A program made the translations under genes and the position numbers. 64,000 bases of DNA from Nemertoderma westbladi (Eukaryota > Animalia > Xenacoelomorpha): NCBI GenBank assembly GCA_032718475.1, contig JAUCBJ010005774.1, positions 1-64,000 of the forward strand, written 5' to 3'. Under the pieces are notes generated by a model. It was given only the letters and a program-made list of their open reading frames with translations, was not told the origin of the DNA and ran no database searches. How positions within the stretch are numbered: the stretch's first letter is position 1; the number at the start of each line of letters is the position of its first letter. Below are positions 54,501 to 60,946 of the stretch, one piece after another.

Positions 54501-57500
54501 TAAACCCGCTCCCTTCCTCCTCCAACACACCCAGTGACCGGATCCACAGTAAACCCGCTCCCTTTCTCCTCCAACACACCGGATCCACAGTAAACCCGCT
54601 CCCTTCCTCCTCCAACTCACCCAATCACCGGATCCACAGTAAACCCGCTCCCTTCCTCCTCCAACTCACCCAGTAACCGGATCCACAGTAAACCCGCTCC
54701 CTTCCTCCTCCAACTCACCGAGTCACCGGATCCACAGTAAACCCGCTCCTTTCCTCCTCCAACACACCCAGTCACCGGATACACAGTAAACCCACTCCCT
54801 TCCTCCTCCAACTCACCGGATCCACAGTAAACCCGCTCCCTTCCTCCTCCAACTCACCCAATCATCGGATCCACAGTAAACCCGCTCCCTTCATCCTCCA
54901 ACTCACCGGATCCACAGTAAACCCGCTCCCTTCATCCTCCAACTCACCTAGTCACCGGATCCACAGTAAACCCGCTCCCTTCATCCACCAACTCACCCAG
55001 TCACCGGATCCACAGTAAACCCGCTCCCTTCCTCCTCCAACTCACCTAGTCACCGGATCCACAGTAAACCCGCTCCCTTCCTCCTCCAACTCACCCAGTC
55101 ACCGGATCCACAGTAAACCCGCTCCCTTCCTCCTCCAACTCACCTAGTCACCGGATCCACAGTAAACCCGCTCCCTTCCTCCTCCAACTCACCGGATCCA
55201 CAGTAAACCCGCTCCCTTCCTCCTCCAACTCACCCAGTCACCGGATCCACAGTAAACCCGCTCCCTTCCTCCTCCAACTCACCTAGTCACCGGATCCACA
55301 GTAAACCCGCTCCCTTCCTCCTCCAACTCACCCAGTCACCGGATCCACAGTAAACCCGCTCCCTTCCTCCTCCAACTCACCGGATCCACAGTAAACCCGC
55401 TCCCTTCCTCCTCCAACTCACCTAGTCACCGGATCCACAGTAAACCCGCTCCCTTCCTCCTCCAACTCACCTAGTCACCGGATCCACAGTAAACCCGCTC
55501 CCTTCCTCCTCCAACTCACCGGATCCACAGTAAACCCGCTCCCTTCCTCCTCCAACTCACCCAGTCACCGGATCCACTGTAAACCCGCTCCCTTCCTCCT
55601 CCAACTCACCGGATCCACAGTAAACCCGCTCCCTTCCTCCTCCAACTCACCTAGTCACCGGATCCACAGTAAACCCGCTCCCTTCCTCCTCCAACTCACC
55701 TAGTCACCGGATCCACAGTAAACCCGCTCCCTTCCTCCTCCAACTCACCGGATCCACAGTAAACCCGCTCCCTTCCTCCTCCAACTCACCTAGTCACCGG
55801 ATCCACAGTAAACCCGCTCCCTTCCTCCTCCAACTCACCTAGTCACCGGATCCACAGTAAACCCGCTCCCTTCCTCCTCCAACTCACCCTGTCACCGGAT
55901 CCACAGTAAACACGCTCCCTTCCTCCTCCAACTCACCGAGTCACCGGATCCACAGTAAACCCGCTCCCTTCCTCCTCCAACACACCCAGTGACCGGATCC
56001 ACAGTAAACCCGCTCCCTTCCTCCTCCAACTCACCCAGTGACCGGATCCACAGTAAACCCGCTCCCTTCCTCCTCCAACTCACCCTGTCACCGGATCCAC
56101 AGTAAACACGCTCCCTTCCTCCTCCAACTCACCGAGTCACCGGATCCACAGTAAACCCGCTCCCTTCCTCCTCCAACTCACACAATCACCGGATCCACAG
56201 TAAACCCGCTCCCTTCCTCCTCCAACTCACCCTGTCACCGGATCCACAGTAAACACGCTCCCTTCCTCCTCCAACTCACCGAGTCACCGGATCCACAGTA
56301 AACCCGCTCCCTTCCTCCTCCAACACACCCAGTGACCGGATCCACAGTAAACCCGCTCCCTTCCTCCTCCAACTCACCCTGTCACCGGATCCACAGTAAA
56401 CACGCTCCCTTCCTCCTCCAACTCACCGAGTCACCGGATCCACAGTAAACCCGCTCCCTTCCTCCTCCAACACACCCAGTGACCGGATCCACAGTAAACC
56501 CACTCCCTTACTCCTCCAACTCACCGGATCCACAGTAAACCCGCTCCCTTCCTCCTCCAACTCACCCAGTCACCGGATCCACAGTAAACCCGCTCCCTTC
56601 CTCCTCCAACTCACCCAGTCACCGGATCCACAGTAAACCCGCTCCCTTCCTCCTCCAACTCACCGGATCCACAGTAAACCCGCTCCCTTCCTCCTCCAAC
56701 TCACCTAGTCACCGGATCCACAGTAAACCCGCTCCCTTCCTCCTGCAACTCACCCAGTCACCGGATCCACAGTAAACCCGCTCCCTTCCTCCTCCAACTC
56801 ACCCAGTAACCGGATCCACAGTAAACCCGCTCCCTTCCTCCTCCAACTCACCGGATCCACAGTAAACCCGCTCCCTTCCTCCTCCAACTCACCTAGTCAC
56901 CGGATCCACAGTAAACCCGCTCCCTTCCTCCTGCAACTCACCCAGTCACCGGATCCACAGTAAACCCGCTCCCTTCCTCCTCCAACTCACCCAGCAACCG
57001 GATCCACAGTAAACCCGCTCCCTTCCTCCTCCAACTCACCGGATCCACAGTAAACCCGCTCCCTTCCTCCTCCAACTCACCTAGTCACCGGATCCACAGT
57101 AAACCCGCTCCCTTCCTCCTGCAACTCACCCAGTCACCGGATCCACAGTAAACCCGCTCCCTTCCTCCTCCAACTCACCGGATCCACAGTAAACCCGCTC
57201 CCTTCCTCCTCCAACTCACCCAGTCACCGGATCCACAGTAAACCCGCTCCCTTCCTCCTCCACTGCGTAGACGACTTTTCCGTTCCGACCCCCATCCGCG
57301 TCCGTTGCTCGCACCCGGACCACCGGATCCCCCGGACGAGCGTTCTCCGACGCCACCACGCGGTACGTTAACGAATCGAATCGCGGAGGATTGTCGTTGA
57401 CATCGATGACACCGATTCCCACTGTTGTATAGACAACCATAGGTGGACTGGTTGCTGTCTCGGCCTACAAAAAAGCGATAGATCCTATAATTGATAGCTG

Positions 57501-60500
57501 AAATAATATTTTATTGTAAGTGACTCTGTAAGGAGGCCTTATAGAACATCGTCCAGACCCGGTCCGAAATCCTCCATTATAGCTAATCCATCAACTCTTC
57601 ACCAAATTTAATGACTACAATTAATTAATTTAAAATAAACATTATATACAAATGGTGTGCTATAAAATATAAATATAAGTACAATATATATAATAAATTA
57701 TTATAAAAATATTACAGCAAAACAAAGTCAATCACATTATCATATTCGCAGTGCGGTCCCCTCAGAATTATACTCCCCAGAGGAAACTCCAGTACCCATT
57801 TAGCTACCATTTAAGTATGCGAGGCAGATATGCGACCTTATCGCTAGTTCCTTTAAAGCATTTGTGTCGAAAGTAAAACTACACTGGGATCACAACCCAC
57901 TTCAGGGGTCGAACCCACGACCTCCAACGCAAAGGATTTAACGACTACACCAAGGTGGGACTAAAAAATAATTTTAATTATGAATATTACCTTAACGGTG
58001 AGTGAGTGGGTGGTTTTGGCTTCGTAGTCAAACGGACCAGCTACGAGAATGGTCCCGTCTAGAGGGTCGATAACGAAAGGAGAAACCGGGTCACTAGGAC
58101 ACGGGACTATCGAGTAGCCAATAGCATCCGTCGTACGATTCATAGCGGTTACCTTACCAACCTGGAATATTTGAGTTAATTTAAACTTTAGTAACTTAAT
58201 AAATGAACAGTTTATTCCACTTTTCACTTTATTTCCGTATTGTTTTTATCTTCTCGTACCTGTAGTGTACGATTTATCAGGTCTAACGACAATACATTTG
58301 AGGTTCCGAAATGTTTTTAATATAATTTTAAAGGATTAAATAAATAAGTGTTGATTAATATATTTATTCAATTTTTGTGTTGAAATGTGAAAGGCGTTAT
58401 TGAACCATGGCTGTGGCACTGTTTGGGCCTCTTCAGTAGCGCTAACTCGTTCAAGCTGACTCAGTTCCACAAGATAATAGTCCCCCGTTGCTAATTATTT
58501 AGTATGTTGCATTTCCTCCTATCTATCTCTAACTAAAAGCCGACCTACTGATCTTAGTCAAGAAAAAACTTCGATATTATGGGGCGAGCCACGAGGTAAG
58601 GGAACCTTAGCATACAGTTTATTACGGGTCAAATCAAGCCGGCCTGTCTGCCTGTCCGTCAGTCAGTTTGTCTATCCGTATGTTTAACTGGTATGCCTGT
58701 AGGTGTGGTATACCGAAAGTTTAGCTCATTCTAGTAGTAACTATAATACATTCCACTGTATCACTGACCTCCGTGTCTATAGGAACTGTTTCCTCCAATG
58801 AGAATTCGTAGTGATCCGATTCAAAGGAAGGCGGGGCATCCTCATTGGATATCATAATAATCTCCAAGGCGACATCAGCAGAACGAGGAGGAGTTCCTTT
58901 GTCGGTGGCGCGGATGAACAGTTGGAACACATGGGTTGCTAGGCAACAATAACAACAATAGTACTTTTAACAAGGAAATTGAATTATATTTTGATTACGA
59001 ATAGGGACATCAAAAACTAAACATTGGAGGTAAATAAAATGTAGCTCGATATATAAATATATATATATATACAAAATCTCTAAAATAAACACAATTACTT
59101 TTCAACTTACTGTCGACATTTATAGGAGTCAGAATGGATATAATTCCGGTAGTTGGTTGGATGGTGAACATCTGTTTCAACGGACTCGAATCCTTCTCAT
59201 ATATTGAGTAACTAAGCAACCCATTGTCGCCAGCGTCTGAGTCACTTGCCCGCACCTTCAAATTAATATTACTTTGTATTAGTTAATTCATATTAATATG
59301 AATTCGCAGATGTTGACAAGTTAACTTTTACAAAACCTTCTTAACATCTTAGTTATGGTTTTAAAATGGGGGTGAGAGAGGGGGGGGGGGGGGGGGGGGG
59401 GTAACCAGTGTTTAAAATGAACCATTGAGTGAAGAAGCAGGTTGATGGCAGTCTTACAAACCAAAACAATAAACCAATTTCCAATTCTGTTGCGATTAAT
59501 TCTCCCCCCCCTTATATTTTTAAGACAAATAGGTCCTATGGGAAAATGATAAAATGGAAGGTTGTAGGAATTCCTGGTACTGCAGTACATTTACCATAGT
59601 GTCCCTCTCACCTGCAGCACTTTATCACCTACAGATGCGTTCACGGCCACATTAACGGTGTATTCGGTAACATCCCACACCGGAGCATTATCATTCTCAT
59701 CCGTTACCAATAGAGTGACCGTAGTAAACCCAACCAAGCCTCCCCCATCGGTAACCGTTACAGGTATACTAATGTTACGTTGAGTAACATTCTCCCTATC
59801 CAACATATCCAACGTCCACAATTCCCCTGAAACAAAAATTAACTAATTTGTTAAAAAATTATAGAAATTTAAATACATTTTATAAAATGTATAAGACGTC
59901 CAAGTACCAATTAGTAATAAACAGTAACAATCCAATACTACTACTACTAGGATCGGCATGCTGCATTGCAGCTGCATTTTTAAGAATGCTGTGCCGGCTT
60001 GTCAACAAAATTGCACCGCCACAACTCCCTATCACCCATGACATTTGCTAGATCATCCGCATCTTCAAGGCCAGTGTCCTTTAAGATGCGTCTCAAGAAA
60101 GTCATGGGCTGTCCACCATGCTTATTCACTCCATGAGGCTGCCAAAGTACAAGATTATGCACTGGCTGGTCCTCACGGCGAAAGCAATGTCCTGCAAAGC
60201 GGAGGCGATTTTGTTCTAGTGTCAAGCTTGGGGGAACCAATGAGACACCTCCAATGTTATATAGTGTCTGGTTGGAGATGTGTGCATTGTACTTGACACA
60301 ATGAACCCGGCGTAGCATTCTTGTGAATGTGCCATCCAGAGATTGGGTGTCAACAATCCAATGGGAGGCGGTTTAATATTAATATAGTTCAAAGGTAGGC
60401 TATACAGTAAGGTTACAGTATACAACACAGCATTTGTACTATTCTATTTTTAATTTCGCAAATAAATAATATTATATAGAAGCTATAACACCTACTCCTA

Positions 60501-60701
60501 TTAGGTATTATTATAAACTAACCTGATTTAGGATCTATAGCAAACATAGACAAGGATGAGTCACTTGGTATGGTGTAGGTCAGCTCACCATACAGCCCTG
60601 GGTCGGGGTCATTGGCCGACACACTGACTACCAGACTGCGGACAGGGGAATTCTCACTCAGTTCGGACACGTAGGGTGGTGGTGGGATGGAGGGGGCGTG
60701 G
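6257..60701 (-). CDS. kug: Fat-like protocadherin (FAT1-3/kugelei subfamily), partial multi-exon gene, 22 exons in window
   Basis: Cadherin motifs (LDRE/LDYE, DxNDNxP, AxDxD) followed by EGF, a single LamG, EGF, EGF. Membrane-proximal motifs SKYPP, DRDQYDTL and VTDGKFT resemble FAT1/kug. All 21 introns are GT-AG with matching phases. Confidence 0.9.
6506..6660 (+). mobile_element. Decayed RTE-clade LINE fragment
   Basis: Translates DGCYTRLLRAALNIS*GQHMTN..LYG and LRERRLRFSGHYWR, typical RTE ORF C-terminal motifs. Confidence 0.65.
7974..8255 (-). repeat. 3' LTR (282 bp)
   Basis: Matches the 5' LTR apart from a 24-bp indel; preceded on the minus strand by the polypurine tract aaaaaaagggaaaaaggggaat (8256-8278). 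Confidence 0.95.
8297..9742 (-). CDS. Gypsy integrase portion of pol (frameshifted from gag-RT-RH)
   Basis: HHCC zinc finger (LHTSHQG...CDLC) and D,D(35)E core (SSDLF, STDGGPQY, SNGHAE). Confidence 0.9.
   Translation of the reverse strand: MRSLAPSLSDPQLNDDELFEDHTNVSVIQQIVAIDIDPTEKIKPPRPRDSALKIITAAATCDDNYKRLRDTILHGVDLHKLEPSLLPFKSILGDLSVDDELILYGSRIVVPSAIRNTMLQRLHTSHQGLDRTKRRARQIFYWPGINSDITNMVNSCDLCQHHQRSQPHEEIIPTPRPTRPFEQCSSDLFSYANQHYMVYVDRYSGWPIVESYPSCPSTRHLVKSFIQQFRDTGVPVEISTDGGPQYNSEEFSSFLNDWSVTHRVSSPEHPESNGHAEVAVGAMKALIKKCQTNSGHLNHTLFSEAILEWRNTPLSTGLSPAQILYGRPLRTRIPTHYKFFKPEYNLESKSTDQRAAELQQDCIEHYNQSAHNLPPLSIGCEVWVQNQRTKLWDRIGTITEKPGPRRYTIIFPSRRSLIRNRRYLRPLNKGQLLGPPGEKQIPAPPKVKQQTVTFADTTTVHPIPRRSTRSTSGTPPNRFAS
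9699..12776 (-). CDS. Gypsy gag-protease-RT-RNase H polyprotein
   Basis: CCHC knuckles (CSKCFIAHPRSEC, CHNCGIKGHIRPVC), protease DTGAD, RT (LRICVD, GYWQI, IVDD), RNase H (TDAS, ELELLA, DHKPL, ADALSR). Confidence 0.93.
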   Translation of the reverse strand: MCAHYDIPIDSKTSTDAMRCNLLRLVTSSGADTEGKLDDQGDQELSAPPSWLSALLQQQAAQQQAAIAHILQQVLPAPTAVPLDADPTPPHTTSRFGDTRDRINRNRQRIDTSYKPESLSNDDNLAQFKSWLEQFIRFFNVNEMRLLDRNSQVVHLYGCISRKTQDAMRVIMRISDEMEVDEILEILEKHYRKKTNVVCRRVDFYLAKQSAGESFDDFHVRLSELQDNSEPCEHCCDQQLLTKIISGVNDDELREKIFEKFDDPSLDDVLRTCRSREQSRRDATAAISSKTNKLTSGRPTGRQPNKPRYSGPKPCYRNQSTSGKSTSRSRRPSERTRESTGNKSCSKCFIAHPRSECPYRDNICHNCGIKGHIRPVCMKPKSEASDNKLNSDITSHTNAVNPPSFINIVTCRQPLFNVSVICHGIHFSPHTIADTGADDTIICSEIIKNNKLLHFVNPKDTIALKAANNTPLKCLGSINMDINYYDRTVNATAYVTPDFSGFLLSFELCKLHGLLSPEFPVPGYVTQRRGQTLSITSTGNEPSVEVIKLRSTKLLDEFSDIFRGSFPDVTLPVMAGPPMRIYLQDNYVPHAVHAARTLPFSYRDEVKANLDQMENKGIIKRVAEPTEFVSPLVVTPKNSGGLRICVDHTKLNKFIRRPVHPFPCPRDVVTSIPHGMNYFSKFDATHGYWQIELEPESQNLTTFLTPYGRYKYIRAPMGLSSSGDEYCRRGDAALEGLSNFKKIVDDIIIYSTTFEEHVSMVTELFTRCRNNGITLNPKKLVFAQPSVEFAGYVIGRDGIRADPKRVSALSDFPTPTNISELRSFFGLVNQLADFSTEISAAAAPLRPLLQVRNTFMWLDPHTDAFNAVKAALVSPPVLQTFNSALPTMLRTDASRLKGLGYALLQNHNEPNATPSWRLIQCGSHFLSDAESRYAMVELELLAVVWAASKSKLYLQGLPHFHVEVDHKPLIPILNQYTLDAIENPRLQRLREKLAPYIFTAHWVPGKNNQIADALSRALSLRPSIK
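12892..12909 (-). promoter_or_regulatory. Primer binding site, probably tRNA-Ser
   Basis: TGGCGCAGTGTGTAGGAT directly after the 5' LTR; close to the complement of animal tRNA-Ser 3' ends as I recall them. Confidence 0.7.
12910..13215 (-). repeat. 5' LTR (306 bp)
   Basis: Direct repeat of 7974-8255 with an extra tagatatataggtcagtagatagg. Confidence 0.95.
13985..14165. mobile_element. Small foldback element/MITE
   Basis: acttgggggtcttacc...ccctgaaatcttaatgaaaaaaa...aaaaccgc is mirrored by gcggtttttt...ttttttcattaagattgcagggtaagacccccaagt. Confidence 0.6.
14658..16315. repeat. 55-bp GC-rich minisatellite, about 30 copies, derived from an RTE LINE 3' end
   Basis: Unit cggtcagccatacacagtgccggctgacccagcaacatagcgcccccagatctcg with an internal 8-bp stem (ggtcagcc/ggctgacc); the minus strand reads MADREIWGRYV. 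Confidence 0.9.
16318..16490 (-). mobile_element. RTE-clade LINE fragment
   Basis: WRMLHRV...STLQIRRLKLVGHCFCQQGQYVHNLVLWQPEG...MTFLKK; aligns with the fragment at 59980-60318. Confidence 0.75.
16655..17716. repeat. 33-bp minisatellite, about 32 copies
   Basis: Unit caaagttagccaatccccaccgatgcctttccc; near-perfect copies, each with AGCCAATC. Confidence 0.95.
18055..18717 (+). CDS. Intronless secreted Cys-rich protein, possibly GPI-anchored (distant Ly6/LU-like), nested antisense in a Fat intron
   Basis: 220 aa; hydrophobic N-terminus ending ASA|VSC, 10 Cys ending in CCEGSYEC, S/T-rich linker, hydrophobic C-terminus ITVITVVNMVLLLW; GC above the flanking intron. Confidence 0.65.
   Translation: MNIALATPVILVAILLVKKEILHASAVSCMHLRTHVKSNSSHPEIQVFANAWYLQLPGTNQSDCITCRVFNGQFMSHLKTNNDVKMLAYSRVEFCENVSSCVDLTDEDQCKEFWEGAGAERIPPAQHDLIDILESSCQAVCCEGSYECDKVAKPVWENEYKKADGTIDWENEVYLDQPKTSTGLAHSIPTTTKVRQESSVAGSSADITVITVVNMVLLLW
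18679..21571. repeat. 23-bp minisatellite, about 120 copies, with 29-bp variants
   Basis: Unit ttactgtggtaaacatggtgtta; begins inside the 3' end of ORF 18055-18717. Confidence 0.95.
21865..22840. mobile_element. Foldback non-autonomous DNA element with long inverted arms (outer limits approximate)
   Basis: Arms of about 240 bp (21973-22215 and 22362-22605) are near-perfect inverted copies; an outer IR pairs cagaatttcatgctaaatccaaatatggaaac with gtttccatatttggattcagcatgaaattctg. Confidence 0.7.
23099..23394 (-). CDS. Fat-like exon 21 (LamG end, EGF)
   Basis: VKVVP...GFRGCLDEV...CGTNPCKNGGTC...YECQCTP AG|gtaggt. Confidence 0.9.
23920..24160 (-). CDS. Fat-like exon 20 (LamG)
   Basis: FNSGSGDCVVRVGDVRLDDARWHTVEVSR...IYVGAE|gtattc. 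Confidence 0.9.
24673..24980 (-). CDS. Fat-like exon 19 (EGF end, LamG start)
   Basis: VCVAEEYVSYRCQCPDGRFG...PMTFAGRSY...ILEIASGYAQF AG|gtgcga. Confidence 0.9.
25784..26161 (-). CDS. Fat-like exon 18
   Basis: TGSRLELLLAV...LSFTSLRH...CFPNPCPSPK|gtaagt. Confidence 0.88.
27357..27559 (-). CDS. Fat-like exon 17
   Basis: GKFTAKAEVTVKV...LEHSVTI...VMSIQQ|gtgggt. Confidence 0.88.
27695..27898 (-). mobile_element. tRNA-derived SINE copy
   Basis: B-box GGTTCGATCCC and an A-box-like head; colinear homology with 57757-57963. Confidence 0.6.
27984..28274 (-). CDS. Fat-like exon 16 (last cadherin repeat)
   Basis: GTPPLSSS...SKYPP...DRDQYDTL...VTD G|gtcagt. Confidence 0.9.
28669..28868 (-). CDS. Fat-like exon 15
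   Basis: RPGDDVLKLYVVDGDGPSNSGPFTFSI...VTDS G|gttcgt. Confidence 0.88.
29679..30315 (-). CDS. Fat-like exon 14 (with in-frame 27-bp acidic repeat)
   Basis: GIISTRLPVDYE...DVNDNAP...LDRE...DVNDNPP...LPED CG|gtaagt. Confidence 0.92.
30327..30600. repeat. 23-bp tandem repeat, about 12 copies, abutting a 3' splice site
   Basis: Unit aatggtaaactataccaatagta. Confidence 0.95.
31775..32370. repeat. 85-bp tandem repeat, about 7 copies
   Basis: aaaccggcggtttttatgaaatgtaaaaatgg... recurs at 85-bp spacing (e.g. 31985, 32070). Confidence 0.9.
32472..33750. repeat. 39-bp minisatellite, about 33 copies
   Basis: Unit atttacaataatgactgccagtttatcacagaa(c/g)cacag. Confidence 0.95.
35635..37932 (-). mobile_element. 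Complete Mutator-like (MULE) DNA transposon
   Basis: 9-bp TSD tttatttag (35626-35634 and 37933-37941); imperfect TIRs built from 15-bp gacaagttgtatcca repeats; intact transposase ORF. Confidence 0.92.
35944..37446 (-). CDS. FLYWCH plus MULE-domain transposase, 500 aa
   Basis: WVC...HC...PHN zinc finger, VDGTF, VDFEKA, CYFH, RTNNASE. Confidence 0.92.
   Translation of the reverse strand: MAVYQKTIHGNSKLCHDGKMYSKRKTNKDGSEMWVCTKRPHCIGSVKTLTPHSTEVITSNPHNCIDSPIVELSAFRQRIADQASSSHTKPTQIYCSSLRDLDSKLHTSLPQRSSLLRQIRRVRSRYLPPDPKSLKELSFHGDSIIDFITSDNGGKFLQYDNGVNADERIVVFWTDESMKFLRSSSEWGVDGTFAIAPKPFYQLYIVCAKVYTRMLPLLYAFLERKTETTYSELFNVIAMQGASPSVVHVDFEKAAHNAIIAAFGDSVTFVFCYFHLRQAINKRIQELGLKSHYQSNLEFRLWASKISSLALLPTDKVKDGFRIIQDIAPREGAELLTYFDRTYLSGPRRIRSDSNGLVSKIRSAGPLFAVEKWNVHAATLNDFGRTNNASEAVNRDISTIIGSKHPSVWKLIDALKAKDADVQCQLARAAVGQLEPRRETLESKTFDRRIKTLCTEITNQQRTVESFLIGVGENIELLKRRKSLFSNINVSDSEMDKDFK
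38009..38099. repeat. 91-bp near-perfect palindrome
   Basis: tattgtttacgtggtaacccatgacggcgttaagtaatg mirrored by cattacttaacgccgtcattggataccacgtaaacaata. Confidence 0.85.
38545..39846 (+). CDS. Intronless class-V PLP-dependent enzyme (L-cysteine desulfhydrase / Egt2 C-S lyase / isopenicillin N epimerase-like)
   Basis: 433 aa; NHGSYG, NTTTGIN, VDGAHSPG, GNLHKW (PLP lysine), GTQD, WLRISA. Confidence 0.88.
   Translation: MKPKVIYESLADCSEILPSFGEGIRKEFCLAFNEMTFCNHGSYGVCPERVLNYKNQLIDLMENRPDCFYHYGNTCRDLYDDSLERTASFLNSDKKDVVFVANTTTGINTILRSIPLDFNSVILMQSYTYASTACTIDEVALKHHADVTKLDVHLPIKSEEEIVDLYYKTCSDNRSITVVVLDYISSCSAILWPVVRIAEALRELNVVIVVDGAHSPGQIPVDLKEMEEAGVDFYVGNLHKWAFAPRGCAVMWVRPEYQTAVKPLVTSFQLETFQDKFFDQGTQDLSNYLSASAGLDFHKSIGGFNAIHGYVEPLISWAQEMIAEALGTDKLEIPRSMEAPCMRMIEIPGDPMPHEEEIELNNSIMDKYQVVMQWFYSFNGRRWLRISASVYSKREDFIELKDALVESLLLPQKLEVETEPVHYRRGRRQSLRP
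40450..40645 (-). CDS. Fat-like exon 13
   Basis: VLDVNDSPPQF...ATSADIGVNAEIFY...FSIDRVQ G|gtacgt (absent from the ORF track). Confidence 0.9.
41303..41514 (-). CDS. Fat-like exon 12
   Basis: GMDRQVAYRF...LDRETRQLYNL...IIIQ|gtcgga. Confidence 0.9.
43024..45369 (+). CDS. Intronless glutamate carboxypeptidase II / NAALADase-like M28B peptidase (type II membrane); true start may be the ATG at 43081
   Basis: N-terminal TM helix, PA domain (YVNYG), metal/catalytic motifs SHRDSW, GAID, WDGEEFG, YINVD, YHT, and a TfR-like dimerisation domain. Confidence 0.92.
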   Translation: MYKELTIHIVKVYFYQTVKMMTNLNEACLTPNEREEKPKSLIKRYKCCLIALVVVMVTFVIGILIGYFSHPRYPLHYKAYTGVESWVRNRLLSDIDAYRLKFINKEMSKKPHLAGTLGNRDLADYVAGKWNRAGLDHVEIKKYNVLLSYPKQPGSVKFSGDSNLDFTVENERSIGLEEIDSDTVLPYAAYSPSGTVTGDVIYVNYGRAEDFDFLKQLGINPDGKICVARFGRGFRGVKAHEAAARKCVGLIVYSDPQGVAPGNPPPSALHPDGVYLPPTGVQRGTYNLHTGDPQTPGFPSTDYAYRKTNTSNVFPSIPVIPMGYGQAKIVLEQLKPGNESLPASWIGEIAGLKYNTGPGYGTTKGKVTIETNNENVVKEIYNVIGYIYGSVESDRYVMIGSHRDSWVRGAIDAGSGTTLLMELARVFGGLRKDGWSPRRTLMFESWDGEEFGMIGSAEWVEEYQQELAARGVAYINVDMAVWGNYSVQVKATGNLQDVVTSAANEIQTPEGENFRDVWARRQRERDMRKRGNKTVPGEYGVYPHVYTVSASSDFAHFINYAGVSVMDLQLQAALVPTYHTAYDTHRYFEFIDPEFHYHRMMAQLAGFTLLRLVDDVILPLNVDGYAATVFQLINGIDTDYKITKNVSEWSKGGIYSDLVENLKDSLQNLSVAARKLEATKKTINKYDAMAVRRLNDKLSSFERNFIIPLGITGNPTKRHVVYSGGVNNYGSTGFAGILDAFKQSIEHPGDMETRAETFRQISQVIFAINSAAHSIITGPQY
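45418..45760 (+). mobile_element. DINE-1/HINE-like non-autonomous element with (TCTG)n
   Basis: gtggggcg...cgccccac short IR and a (tctg)n core; a related head ggggcgagccacg occurs near 58581. Confidence 0.5.
45887..46123 (-). CDS. Fat-like exon 11
   Basis: GTVVTATRLDRE...DANDWPP...WDKDE G|gtaagt. Confidence 0.9.
46280..46433 (-). CDS. Fat-like exon 10
   Basis: QYVTAEVAEN...ATDRDVGDNA...KEN G|gtgagg. Confidence 0.9.
47148..47252 (-). CDS. Fat-like exon 9
   Basis: VYNMEIVVTDGRFAAIATLIVEITDVNDNSPVCDQ|gtaagt. Confidence 0.9.
47435..48519. repeat. 43/49-bp array copying the tail and 5' splice site of Fat exon 8, about 22 copies
   Basis: Minus-strand unit (gt)gtacaccacccagcggttggatagagaatcaatggag|gttagt = VYTTQRLDRESME plus donor. 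Confidence 0.92.
48480..48637 (-). CDS. Fat-like exon 8
   Basis: GTFVYTMVAVDTE...FNIDSETGKVYTTQRLDRESME|gttagt. Confidence 0.88.
49069..49322 (-). CDS. Fat-like exon 7
   Basis: A WVFLDTPLDYE...DSNDSPP...EDQLP G|gtgagt. Confidence 0.9.
49630..57262. repeat. 7.6-kb 49/40-bp array copying the tail and 5' splice site of Fat exon 6, about 160 copies
   Basis: Minus-strand unit ggaggaggaagggagcgggtttactgtggatccggtgactgg|gtgagtt = EEEGSGFTVDPVTG plus donor. Confidence 0.95.
57220..57464 (-). CDS. Fat-like exon 6
   Basis: AETATSPPMVVYTT...DVNDNPP...ATDADGGRNG...FTVDPVT GG|gtgagt; phase 2 matches exon 7. Confidence 0.92.
57757..57963 (-). mobile_element. tRNA-derived SINE copy
   Basis: B-box GGTTCGACCCC; homologous to 27695-27898. 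Confidence 0.6.
57991..58161 (-). CDS. Fat-like exon 5
   Basis: VGKVTA...FVIDPLDG...FDYE...LTVK|gtaata. Confidence 0.9.
58769..58938 (-). CDS. Fat-like exon 4
   Basis: THVFQLFIRATDKGTPP...PIDTE|gtcagt. Confidence 0.9.
59111..59255 (-). CDS. Fat-like exon 3
   Basis: VRASDSDAGDNG...PINVD A|gtaagt. Confidence 0.9.
59612..59826 (-). CDS. Fat-like exon 2
   Basis: GELWTLDMLDRE...DENDNAP...KVLQ|gtgaga. Confidence 0.9.
59936..60330 (-). mobile_element. 5'-truncated RTE-clade LINE with (TAG)n tail
   Basis: RMLRRV...NRLRFAGHCFR...LVLWQP...MGDRELW; tail tagtagtagta at about 59937-59950. Confidence 0.8.
60523..60701 (-). CDS. Fat-like exon 1 in window
   Basis: cccattag|C HAPSIPPPPYVSELSENSP...ANDPDPGLYGELTY...FAIDPKS G|gttagt. 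Confidence 0.88.
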
Positions 60702-60946
60702 CTAATGGGAAAAATATTATAAAGAAATTAACAAAGAATTAATCGCCATTACCAATCAGTAAACATTTGCAAACAACCACCACAAGACATGGAAAAAAGT
60801 AAGTATAAAACACCTAAGAAATTAACATGTAATTAAAGTGTAACATGTTTTAAATAGTTGTTTTACAGGTTTCATTAGCCAATTAAAAAATTATTTAATT
60901 ATTTCTGACTGTTAATAATAATTCGAACTAGCGGGAGCAATTAGCA

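Noticed and set aside
49952-56083. Dscam/protocadherin-style cassette of alternative exons within the array
   Set aside because: Units lack acceptors and polypyrimidine tracts, are 49 or 40 bp (frame-breaking) and contain TGA; they are donor copies, not selectable exons.
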